This document shows, one piece after another, positions 41,720 through 50,882 of a DNA stretch of 64,000 nt. The stretch's first letter is position 1, and every line of letters starts with the position of its first letter. The translations under genes and the position numbers were made by a program. The notes beneath the pieces were generated by a model. The model made no database searches. It was not told where the DNA came from and saw only the letters and a program-made list of their open reading frames with translations. Source of the DNA: Candidatus Poribacteria bacterium (GTDB taxonomy: Bacteria; Poribacteria; WGA-4E; PCPOR2b); contig OZ242326.1 in assembly GCA_965208325.1 (NCBI GenBank), forward strand, positions 192,001 through 256,000, given 5' to 3'.

Positions 41720-44700
41720 ATGACATCAATTCTCAATCCAAAAGATTTGATTCTTGCGCATGATCTTGTGACGGATGACGTTGAAGATTTCCTCAAGATT
41801 TACGGTCTCCACGATCTTCCCCGCGCCAACCGTAATCTACACAGTCTGACAGGAGTATCGCCGGCGCGTGAAGCGTGTGCTGAGATTATGGAAACTTTAC
41901 TCGAATGCGTAGCAGATTCGGCTAATCCAGATTCTGCTTTGCACAATTTTGCACGGTTTGCCGATGCGGTATCCGATCCACTGCGGCTGTATCAGAATCT
42001 TCGTGACACGCCATTCTTGATTTCCATACTGGCGAAATCCTTTGGATCAAGCACCTATTTTTCAGATATCCTGATCCGCAATCCGGAGTATATTGATTGC
42101 CTCGTTGAGGACGGCAAAGTGGCACCTCGCAAGCCGCGAGAAGTTATGGACAGCGAATTATCTCAATATATGCGGCCGGTCGATTCCGTCGAACAAAAAT
42201 TGGATGCGCTCCGGCGTTACAAACGGAAGGAGAGTTTGCGCATTGGCGTCCGAGATCTCATCGGCGCCGCAGATTTGGAAACAACTACCTTAGAGTTATC
42301 CAATCTGGCGGAAGCTGCGCTTCAGAAGTGCTGTGAAATTGGTGAGCATGAACTCACATCAAGATTTGGAACGCCGCAAGCTGAAGTGCACAACGGCGAG
42401 AAAAATGGGAGCACATTTGCCGTAATAGGAATGGGAAAATTTGGCGGCCGCGAATTAAATTTTAGCTCGGATATTGATGTGATGTTCGTTTATTCGAGAG
42501 ACGGAACGACGAATCAGGGCGTTGAGAACCGCCAATACTTCAATAAACTATCCGAGTTCATCATTAACGGGCTTAGCGAGATTACAGGGGAAGGGTATGT
42601 CTTTCGTGTTGACGCCCGCCTGCGGCCCGAAAGCAGTGCAGGAAGCATAGCGCGCTCCATAGATAGTTACGAAGCGTACTACGAGGGTTGGGGGGAAATT
42701 TGGGAACGCCAAGCGTTAATCAAGGCGCGTCCCGTAGCTGGAGATCTCCAACTCGGTAGACATTTCATTGACACCATTCAGCCGTTCGTATATCAACGAT
42801 ATCTTGATGAGTTTTCGATTGCTGAAATCAAGATGGATATACGGCAGACGAAATCGAGAATTGAGGATCGTATTCGTGAAAAAGGCTCGTTTGTGAATAA
42901 CCACGTTAAACTCGGCATCGGCTGCATTCGCGATATCGAGTTCACGATTCAGTGTATGCAACTCATTTATGGCGGTCCAATTCCTGCCTTGCGGAACTGT
43001 AACTCGCTACAGACGATAGACCTCCTTCATCAACATAAATTTCTGAGCCCCAGGAATCGCGATGTTTTCGCGGACGCGTACCGGTTTTTGCGAATGGTCG
43101 AACATCGCCTCCAGATGGAAGCTGACCAGCAGCGGTATTCCCTTCCTTCGAAGACATCAGAGCTGGTTAAACTCGCTAGGTCCGCGGGGTATAGAGATAC
43201 GAAATCTGTCTTGGCTTTGGAGGCGTTCCATGCCGATTATCGCCAGCACACGCACGCCGTGCGCTTAATCTTCGAAAAAATCTTGGAAATTCCTGTGCCG
43301 GATGGAGGAATAGATTTGGCATCTCTGTTCACCACGACGGATACCGGGGTGGTCCGCGAAATTTTGAATCCTTATGGATTTGCGGATCCTCATGAAGCGC
43401 GAAGGCGATTAAAGACTATGGCGGAAGGATCTGATGGCGTGCGATTTTCGCCCACTGTGCGGCGGTTATTTGTCCAACTCGCGCCCGTCCTGTTACATTT
43501 TCTCGCCGAATCTCCGGATCCGGACATGGCAATCCGATACATTGACGTTTTTACGAGCAAAGTCGGAGCGCGCGCCTCATATTACACCCTGTTTCGTGAC
43601 AATCCTTCGATTATTGAGATGCTGACGAAGATATGCGGCACCAGCCGGTTTTTGGCTGAATTGCTCATTGAGCACCCGGAGTCGTTCGATGTGTTGACCG
43701 TGTCCGCGGTCATGGCACGTCCCAAGACATTAACCGAAAAGCAGCAAGAAACGCTTGAGATGGTCGCTAATACTACGCCCGATCGCATATTTGATAGACT
43801 GCGGCAATATAAAAACAGCGAAATCTTGCGTATCGGAATGCGTAGTATCCTTGCGCAAGCTGAACTTGAATCCGAGGATTGGGACGAGAAGCCTAGCATC
43901 AAAGCCGATTTGTGGACGACAACCGCTGAACTCTCCGATCTCGCCGAGGCAACGCTTAAAGCGATGTATGCTCACGTCAAGGATATTTTCAGTGCGGAAC
44001 ACGGAAGACCCATGGTGGACGATGGGAGTGAAGCCACCCTTACCATCATTGGAATGGGAAAATTCGGCGGCGGCGAATTAAACTTCAGCTCGGATTTGGA
44101 CGTTATGTTAGTTTATTCAGCCGATGGTAAAACTACCAAAGGGGCAACCAATGCTGACTATTTCAGCGATTTTGGCTTGGCGTTAGTAAACCGGTTGAAA
44201 GGAAGCACCGGAGGTGGATCCATCTACGAACTCGATTTACGGTTGCGTCCGTTTGGCAACGGTGGGGCGATTGCCATGCCGTTAGCCGCATACCAAAACT
44301 ACTACAACAAAAATGCCGAAACCTGGGAACGCCAAGCCTTAACCCGCGCCCGCCCGGTCGCAGGCGATATGGAACTGGGCGAACGGTTCATCGCCCAAGC
44401 GCACGCTTTCGCTTATCGCCATCCGTTGACCCCTGATGAAATTACTCAGATTGCGCATACCCGGAAACGAAAAGAGGCGCAAGCTACCCGCCCCGCTGCA
44501 ACACGGCGGCGAAGGAGGAGTCGGACGAAAGATGTGAAAGCCGGCTACGGCGGACTTGTCGATATTGAGTTTGCCGTGCAGATAATCCAGTTAATTCATG
44601 GCACGGATTCGCCGCAGATGAGGGTGCAGCACACGGTGGAAGCCATTAAGCAGTTACATGAAATCAACGCATTGTCAAAAATACAAAAAACTCAACTACT

Positions 44701-44926
44701 TGAAGCTTACGGATTTCTCAGACGCGTGGAAAACAGCCTTAGAATCGTCCATGATCGACCGCTGGATGCGCTGCCCGATAAAGCTGCGGAGTTGGAGAAA
44801 CTCGCCAGACGGCTCGGTTACATCGATCAGAATGGGGAAGAGTCAAACCGGTTTTTAAAAGACTATCACGAATGTACAGAGCGCACACGCAAGCTGTTTC
44901 ATGAACTGCTAGGCTTTCAAAATTGA
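41720..44926 (+). CDS. glnE: Bifunctional glutamine synthetase adenylyltransferase/adenylyl-removing enzyme
   Basis: Two GMGKFGGxELNFSSDxD nucleotidyltransferase motifs, two (V/L)DxRLRP and two WERQAL. Confidence 0.96.
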   Translation: MTSILNPKDLILAHDLVTDDVEDFLKIYGLHDLPRANRNLHSLTGVSPAREACAEIMETLLECVADSANPDSALHNFARFADAVSDPLRLYQNLRDTPFLISILAKSFGSSTYFSDILIRNPEYIDCLVEDGKVAPRKPREVMDSELSQYMRPVDSVEQKLDALRRYKRKESLRIGVRDLIGAADLETTTLELSNLAEAALQKCCEIGEHELTSRFGTPQAEVHNGEKNGSTFAVIGMGKFGGRELNFSSDIDVMFVYSRDGTTNQGVENRQYFNKLSEFIINGLSEITGEGYVFRVDARLRPESSAGSIARSIDSYEAYYEGWGEIWERQALIKARPVAGDLQLGRHFIDTIQPFVYQRYLDEFSIAEIKMDIRQTKSRIEDRIREKGSFVNNHVKLGIGCIRDIEFTIQCMQLIYGGPIPALRNCNSLQTIDLLHQHKFLSPRNRDVFADAYRFLRMVEHRLQMEADQQRYSLPSKTSELVKLARSAGYRDTKSVLALEAFHADYRQHTHAVRLIFEKILEIPVPDGGIDLASLFTTTDTGVVREILNPYGFADPHEARRRLKTMAEGSDGVRFSPTVRRLFVQLAPVLLHFLAESPDPDMAIRYIDVFTSKVGARASYYTLFRDNPSIIEMLTKICGTSRFLAELLIEHPESFDVLTVSAVMARPKTLTEKQQETLEMVANTTPDRIFDRLRQYKNSEILRIGMRSILAQAELESEDWDEKPSIKADLWTTTAELSDLAEATLKAMYAHVKDIFSAEHGRPMVDDGSEATLTIIGMGKFGGGELNFSSDLDVMLVYSADGKTTKGATNADYFSDFGLALVNRLKGSTGGGSIYELDLRLRPFGNGGAIAMPLAAYQNYYNKNAETWERQALTRARPVAGDMELGERFIAQAHAFAYRHPLTPDEITQIAHTRKRKEAQATRPAATRRRRRSRTKDVKAGYGGLVDIEFAVQIIQLIHGTDSPQMRVQHTVEAIKQLHEINALSKIQKTQLLEAYGFLRRVENSLRIVHDRPLDALPDKAAELEKLARRLGYIDQNGEESNRFLKDYHECTERTRKLFHELLGFQN

Positions 44927-45184
44927 AGGATTTTGAAACCAAATCGCAATACCGTGTGCGCCGGAGAAAATTCAGATCCTGAATCGTAGTTTAGTGCCCT
45001 AGGCATGGCGGTATGGCTTGCCTAATTCCTGTGAATTACTAATAATTTTTATAGTATTTTACCGGCATTCGGCGGCAATCTCATCTGTAAAATCCGCACG
45101 GATAACCCCGGAATTAATCGGAAAACCAACCTGCATTTTGTGCTTGTACCTGAGTGTGCATCGGTCTCTGTTGGGAGATAAGAC

Positions 45185-46237
45185 ATGTCTGAAAAATATC
45201 GCCTCGGAATAATTGGCTGCGGTAGTATCGCCAATTTGCACGCCGACAGTTTCCGGAACGTGGACGAGATTGATGTCGTCGCAATCTCTGACCCGGTGGA
45301 CGAAGCGCGCAATGAATTTGGCGAACGCCACAATATCGCGAACCGGTATCATGAAGCCCGAGAAATGCTCGACAAAGAAAATTTGCGTATTGTTATCATT
45401 ACGACTTGGCCCAAGCTGCACGCACCCATGACTGCAGCCGCATGTGCGCGGAAACCGTACGCCGTAATTTGCGAGAAGCCCATGGCAGCGACGCTCGGCG
45501 AATGCGATGAAATGTTGACCGTCGCTTCACGCTACAATGTAAAATTGGCGGTTGGCCACCAGCGGCGGTTCGTTTCAACCTGGACAACGGCTCGCGGGCT
45601 AATCGCCAGCGGAACAATTGGTGAACCGCGGCAGATTGTCTGCAGAGGTGGTCAGGGGTTGCTGAACGACTGCTCTCACCTGATTGATATGATGCGGTAC
45701 GTACTTGGCGATCCCAACGCGTCGTGGGTTATCGGAAACGTCGAACGCAAAACCGAACGGTATGAGCGCGATATACCGATTGAAGATCGAAGCGCAGGGA
45801 TAATTGGATTTGACAATGGCTGCGTCGGTTTATTGCTTCAGGAGATCGCTGGTCCCAACGAGTACGGCGGCTTAATCTACGGGTCAGAGGGAATGATTGA
45901 TCTGACTGAGTCGCGGGTGCGCGTGCTCAACAGCCGGTCCGCGGAGTGGGAGGAGCGTCAGGCGGATGACGGAAATCCATGGGAGGCGCAAATTCGGGAG
46001 TTAATCTCATGGATTGAAGAGGGCACAGAGCATCGCGGCAATGCAAAACACGGACGTGCAGCCATTGAAATCATCATGGCGATTTACGAATCTGCGCGGA
46101 TGCACGAGGTAGTGCAGATGCCCGTCCGAACGCTCTGTTCACCGCTAGAATTGATGATTGAAAGTGGTGAACTACCAGTTGAACGCCCTGGGCGGTACGA
46201 TATACGCGCATTTCTGCTTCGTGGGGAGGAGAGGTAA
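45185..46237 (+). CDS. Gfo/Idh/MocA oxidoreductase
   Basis: GIIGCGSIA, CEKPMA, GHQRRF, DCSHLID. Confidence 0.92.
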   Translation: MSEKYRLGIIGCGSIANLHADSFRNVDEIDVVAISDPVDEARNEFGERHNIANRYHEAREMLDKENLRIVIITTWPKLHAPMTAAACARKPYAVICEKPMAATLGECDEMLTVASRYNVKLAVGHQRRFVSTWTTARGLIASGTIGEPRQIVCRGGQGLLNDCSHLIDMMRYVLGDPNASWVIGNVERKTERYERDIPIEDRSAGIIGFDNGCVGLLLQEIAGPNEYGGLIYGSEGMIDLTESRVRVLNSRSAEWEERQADDGNPWEAQIRELISWIEEGTEHRGNAKHGRAAIEIIMAIYESARMHEVVQMPVRTLCSPLELMIESGELPVERPGRYDIRAFLLRGEER

Positions 46238-46331
46238 TCTTCGTAAGGCAACGGCACCGGTGGTGGCTGATTCCGATTACAGAGATTCATGGTGTATGCG
46301 TGAAAGCCAAACGTTCAAAAAAGGGCGTTGA

Positions 46332-47150
46332 ATGACCATTATTGATGCAATTTTGCTTGGCGTACTGCAAGGGTTGACCGAATTTTTGCCCGTAAGCAGT
46401 TCTGGGCATTTGGTGTTGATGCAGCATTTTCTCGGTATGGAGGAGCCGCAGGTCTTATTTGACGTGATGCTTCACCTGGGGACGCTCGGTGCCGTCGTGG
46501 TTGTGTATCGCCAATCGATTTGGTCGCTGGCACTTACTAGTATTTCTACTTCTGTAGACCGTAATTTCTACCGGCACCCAATTGGCGCAGTCAAAAGCAA
46601 CATGAACCGCAAACTAGTCTGGCTTATCCTGGTCGGCTCGATACCAACTGGATTGATCGCTATTGCATTTAAAGATCAGTTCGAAGCGCTGTTTACAAAA
46701 CCCGGGACTGTAGCCGCCATGCTAATCGTTACCGGCCTGATGCTGCAACTACCGCGTGTGCGTAGAGACAAGGCTAACGCCAATCTTCCGCTGCGGACCT
46801 GGCATACACCGCTCATCGGCATTGCTCAAGGATTCGCCGTTGCGCCGGGTATTTCCAGATCGGGGTCAACAATTTCCGTTTCTTTGATGCTAGGAATCTC
46901 TCCTCAAATTGCAGCGCAGTATTCTTTTCTTCTTGCCATCCCCGCGATACTAGGCGCACTTGTTCTCAAGCTTAAGGACATAGCTAAAGTCACGCCCGCC
47001 GCCGCTATCGTCGGTACGCTGACTGCGTTTGTTGCGGGTTACATCGCTTTGCGCATCTTGCTTGCCATGCTAAATCGGGGAAAGTTTTACGTGTTTTCCT
47101 ACTACTGCTTTGCGCTAGGCGGCGCAGTTCTCATTAAGATGGCGTGGTAA
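46332..47150 (+). CDS. uppP: Undecaprenyl-diphosphatase
   Basis: QGLTEFLPVSSSGH, HLGT, PGISRSGSTI, YSFLLAIPAI. Confidence 0.96.
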   Translation: MTIIDAILLGVLQGLTEFLPVSSSGHLVLMQHFLGMEEPQVLFDVMLHLGTLGAVVVVYRQSIWSLALTSISTSVDRNFYRHPIGAVKSNMNRKLVWLILVGSIPTGLIAIAFKDQFEALFTKPGTVAAMLIVTGLMLQLPRVRRDKANANLPLRTWHTPLIGIAQGFAVAPGISRSGSTISVSLMLGISPQIAAQYSFLLAIPAILGALVLKLKDIAKVTPAAAIVGTLTAFVAGYIALRILLAMLNRGKFYVFSYYCFALGGAVLIKMAW

Positions 47151-47198
47151 GTTGTAGTCGCTGGCGTATCGTGGCGGTGCCTCGAATTTCCGCCATAT

Positions 47199-48287
47199 TT
47201 ACACATTAAACCGAATTGTTAACACCTCTCCATCCTGGACGACGTAATCTCTCCCTTCCAGCCGCAGTAATCCAAGTGCCTTGGCTTTCGCCATATTCCC
47301 GCCGTGCACGAGCTTTTTCCAGTGGATTGTCTCCGCGCAGATGAAACCGCGCGCCATATCGGTGTGGATAGTGGCGGCGGCATCTACTGCCGTATGACCT
47401 TGCCTAAGCGTCCAAGCCCGCATTTCTCTTGAAACGACAGTGAAAAATGTAATCAGTCCTAACAAGCGGTATGATGCCTGAATTACTCGATTCAACGCGG
47501 ATTCTTCTAATCCCATTTCAGCCAGAAAAATCCGTGCATCTTCCGCTTCCAACTGAGCGATTTCCATCTCGAGTTTTGCGGAAATCGTGGTAAACTCAGT
47601 CTGGGTTTTGTCTCCATATTCTGCAAACCTGCCGTGTATCTGTTCTGCTTCATCCAATTGGTTTTCCCCGATATTTAAAATTACCAAAATCGGTTTCTGT
47701 GTCAAAAATCCGTATCCACGAATCATCTGTTTTTTTTCAGGCGTGATGTCAATCTCTCGTAGAGGGAGGCCGCGCTCAAGCGCCGCCTTGCACTGTTCCA
47801 ACACGCCGTGCTCATTTTCAAGGACTGGAGACTTTTTGGCGCGCAGTTCGCGGTTTAACCGCTCCAATCTTTTGTCGATAATGTGTATGTCAGCAAGTGT
47901 TAGCTCTAATTCTAAAGTTTCAATATCTCGCTTCGGATCGACGTTGCCATCGGTGTGGGGTACGGAATCATCTTCAAATACGCGCACAACATGCGCGAGT
48001 GCATCGGCTTGACGAAGATCGGCAATGACCTCCGTTCCCAGTCCACTCCGCTCAATTTCGCCCTTGGAAAGCCACGCAACGTCGACATAATCAATTCGCA
48101 CTGGCGTTATCTGCTTCGGGTTAAAAAGTTCAGCCAGCAAATTCAAGCGCTCGTCGGGCACGGTAACCGCACTGATGTTTGATTGCTTTTTCCCAGTATA
48201 GGTTCCTGTCTCCGCCCCGGATTGTGTCAGTGCATTGAAAATAGATGTCTTTCCAACATAGGGTAGACCTACGATGCCAATTTTCAT
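47199..48287 (-). CDS. ychF: YchF/Obg-family ATPase with a divergent G3 motif
   Basis: MKIGIVGLPYVGKTS, VPDERL, IHTD, EGRDYVVQDGEV, RFNV; start ATG 48287. Confidence 0.92.
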   Translation of the reverse strand: MKIGIVGLPYVGKTSIFNALTQSGAETGTYTGKKQSNISAVTVPDERLNLLAELFNPKQITPVRIDYVDVAWLSKGEIERSGLGTEVIADLRQADALAHVVRVFEDDSVPHTDGNVDPKRDIETLELELTLADIHIIDKRLERLNRELRAKKSPVLENEHGVLEQCKAALERGLPLREIDITPEKKQMIRGYGFLTQKPILVILNIGENQLDEAEQIHGRFAEYGDKTQTEFTTISAKLEMEIAQLEAEDARIFLAEMGLEESALNRVIQASYRLLGLITFFTVVSREMRAWTLRQGHTAVDAAATIHTDMARGFICAETIHWKKLVHGGNMAKAKALGLLRLEGRDYVVQDGEVLTIRFNV

Positions 48288-48527
48288 TGATTTCTCCAGC
48301 CGAAAATGTGCCACTAGCATAACACCTTGAAATAGATTGCGTCAACGGGATTTGTCTGAATAACACATGCGATAATGAACGATGTAAAGGCTGTTCCCGT
48401 CGTTGCTCAAAGCGGAATATTGATCATCCGAATGCGTTGGATCGCGCCGTTTTACGGTCGGCATCCTCCGGTAACAAGCTGTCGGGTTTCAGATTGTAAA
48501 GATTGTGCCGACGCGCCGAAAAAGTCC

Positions 48528-48557
48528 TTGACATCCGATTCTTTCCTTTGTTATCAT
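48528..48557 (+). promoter_or_regulatory. Sigma70 promoter of the tRNA pair
   Basis: TTGACA-18 bp-TATCAT with TG extension. Confidence 0.65.
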
Positions 48558-48574
48558 TCTAGCCTAGTTAATCC

Positions 48575-48647
48575 GCCGAGGTAGCTCAGTTGGTAGAGCA
48601 GTGGACTGAAAATCCATGTGTCGGCAGTTCGATTCTGCCCTTCGGCA
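48575..48647 (+). tRNA. tRNA-Phe(GAA); CCA not encoded
   Basis: Acceptor GCCGAGG/CTTCGGC, anticodon arm GTGGA-CTGAAAA-TCCAT, T arm GGCAG-TTCGATT-CTGCC. Confidence 0.96.
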
Positions 48648-48699
48648 CTTGAAATCTCTACAGCCCCATCATGCATGATGGGGCTGCATTCTATCGTAA

Positions 48700-48772
48700 G
48701 CCGGTGTAGCTCAGTGGTCAGAGCAACTGATTCGTAATCAGTAGGTCGGAGGTTCAAATCCCCTCACCGGCT
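48700..48772 (+). tRNA. tRNA-Thr(CGT); CCA not encoded
   Basis: Acceptor GCCGGTG/CACCGGC, anticodon arm ACTGA-TTCGTAA-TCAGT, T loop TTCAAAT; T stem has an A-C mismatch. Confidence 0.94.
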
Positions 48773-48922
48773 TTCCCAATAACATCCTTCCAAAGCCGCG
48801 TTGAAATCCATTTTCTAATTTATCTCTTCAATCCAACCAAGGCATTCATTTATTCGTATATTTGCCTTTCGGCGCCCCTAAACCTTTTACAACTTGACAC
48901 GTCTACAACGGAAGGATTGTTC

Positions 48923-49495
48923 ATGAAAGCCGACCCGGATCGATTTCTCATTCAGTGCGCACAGAATGGGGACATTGATGCCTTTGGAGAGCTCGTTCAG
49001 AAGTATCAGAAACGAATTTACGAGCTAGCCTATCGCTTTACACACCATCCAGAAGATGCCGCCGATCTTTGCCAAGAAATTTTTCTAAAAGCCTTCAATG
49101 CTTTGGGGAAATTTGAGAACAAATCGACGTTCTACACGTGGATTTATCAGATTGCGAAGAATCGATGCATTGATTATTCGCGGCGGAGATCAGGGCGCTA
49201 CGATGTTTCCTTTGTTGAAGAAATTGCTCCGGACGATTCGCTGTTCCAATCTCATTACTCTGAGGATCAGGCGTCTCGTCGTTTGGAACAGGTTGAACTT
49301 GAAACTGAAATTAGGAAAGCCATTGATCAGTTATCCCCCCGCCAGAAACAGGTCTTTGTCTTGAGGCATTATGAGGGATTAGCCTTGAGGGAGATTGCAG
49401 AAACGCTTGGCCTGCGTGTTGGAAGCGTCAAGGCGCATCTGTTTAACGCAACGCGGAAACTACGGATGTTGCTTACACCTTATTTGGACGAATAA
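48923..49495 (+). CDS. ECF sigma-70 factor
   Basis: AFGELVQKYQ, DLCQEIFLKA, FYTWIYQIAKNRCID, EIAETLG...SVKAHL. Confidence 0.94.
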   Translation: MKADPDRFLIQCAQNGDIDAFGELVQKYQKRIYELAYRFTHHPEDAADLCQEIFLKAFNALGKFENKSTFYTWIYQIAKNRCIDYSRRRSGRYDVSFVEEIAPDDSLFQSHYSEDQASRRLEQVELETEIRKAIDQLSPRQKQVFVLRHYEGLALREIAETLGLRVGSVKAHLFNATRKLRMLLTPYLDE

Positions 49496-49501
49496 TCTAC
49501 C

Positions 49502-50167
49502 ATGAAATGTAAGCCGGCAGAAAAATTGATGCTCGACTATATTGAAGGGACGTTGCAACCAAAAAAGCAAGACCTATTGGAGATTCATCTGGGTACATGC
49601 CCTCATTGTCAAAAAGTTTTAGCCGACTATGAGAAAACTCTTCAACTTGCCGGTAGTTTGCCGGTCAAATTTCCTTCCCCGGACGCCTGGGGAGACTTTT
49701 GGCAAAAACTGAAAAGCAAAATATCGCAGGTCGTGCCTGATGACCAACCGGTGTGGGTCGTTGCGCACAAATGGAAAATCGCCGGCGTAGGTTTTGTTTT
49801 GGTCGCTCTCCTAGGCTTGGCGGGATTATGGAGCTACGGCGTAATCAATAACTCGGCGGCAGATCCAAGCGCATCTTTAGATAAACACATCTTCCAGAAT
49901 TTCATGGGGGGAATTTCTACCGTGCATTTACAAGAGGTCCTAAGTCAAGAACTTCAACGCCTAGACGGGGCGAGCTTGACCTGGAGCGGTGAGAATTTGC
50001 TCATGGAGGAAGCCGGGTCGCCGCAACCATCGGGAACAAACAGTCTAGTAGGTCAACTGTTTGAGGTAATTGACACCGAAGTCGCTCTGGAACATTTCGA
50101 GGATGACGAGTTGACGATTCTCGTCGCGTCAATTGAGAACAAACTCATCCTCGCTTCATCACGCTAA
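49502..50167 (+). CDS. Zinc-finger (HxxxCxxC) transmembrane anti-sigma factor
   Basis: MKC...HLGTCPHC, one TM helix, directly after the ECF sigma. Confidence 0.88.
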   Translation: MKCKPAEKLMLDYIEGTLQPKKQDLLEIHLGTCPHCQKVLADYEKTLQLAGSLPVKFPSPDAWGDFWQKLKSKISQVVPDDQPVWVVAHKWKIAGVGFVLVALLGLAGLWSYGVINNSAADPSASLDKHIFQNFMGGISTVHLQEVLSQELQRLDGASLTWSGENLLMEEAGSPQPSGTNSLVGQLFEVIDTEVALEHFEDDELTILVASIENKLILASSR

Positions 50168-50287
50168 AGGGAGTTTCAAATTAGACGCGAAACACATGAG
50201 GTAAGCCAACCAAGAGCGGCGTCGGCAGCTGGAGAGTTCACCGATCTAATCTGAACGAATAACAATTTATAAAGGAGGAATGCGACT

Positions 50288-50809
50288 ATGAATCGCCGGT
50301 ATGTACTATTCTTTGCGCTGTTGCCGCTAGCGTTAGCGCTTGTGATTGTGATTCCGAGAATTACGGCTGAGGCGCCGCCCGCTCAACCGGCGTCGCAAAA
50401 CGCCACGGCCGAATTGGTCGAACTGCTTAAAATCTGGAAACTCATTGATGCGGTGTCGCCGGAATCTGAGCAATCTGTGCAATTGTTAACGAAATTCAAC
50501 AAGTTAGAAGACCTGAAAGCACAGTATCGGCGAGAACACCGAAGCGCGATAAATCAGCTAAAGCAATTAAAAGCGGCGAAACTTGATTCTGAGGAGAAAA
50601 TTGCTGAACTTCAGACTGCGCTAGATGAGTATCGTCAAGTCGAGGACAACTTCATTGCGGGGAGAAAAAAGATTAAGGATGAAATTAGCAAAATTTTGAC
50701 CGTCGAGCAACAGGCGAAATTCGAGGTTTTCAGTTACAGTTACCGCCAAGATCTAAAGCTAACGCTGCAATCCCTAATTGCTCTGCAAGACCAGCCGCGG
50801 TCGAAGTGA
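50288..50809 (+). CDS. Periplasmic Spy/CpxP-like helical protein
   Basis: Signal peptide; ILTVEQQAKF (LTxxQ-type motif); AGGAGG RBS. Confidence 0.7.
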   Translation: MNRRYVLFFALLPLALALVIVIPRITAEAPPAQPASQNATAELVELLKIWKLIDAVSPESEQSVQLLTKFNKLEDLKAQYRREHRSAINQLKQLKAAKLDSEEKIAELQTALDEYRQVEDNFIAGRKKIKDEISKILTVEQQAKFEVFSYSYRQDLKLTLQSLIALQDQPRSK

Positions 50810-50882
50810 GTGCATCGAAATTTGGTGAGAATTGGACCCGTTAAACTTGAAGTAGTGTCAATTAAGGCTGATCCGTCAATCG

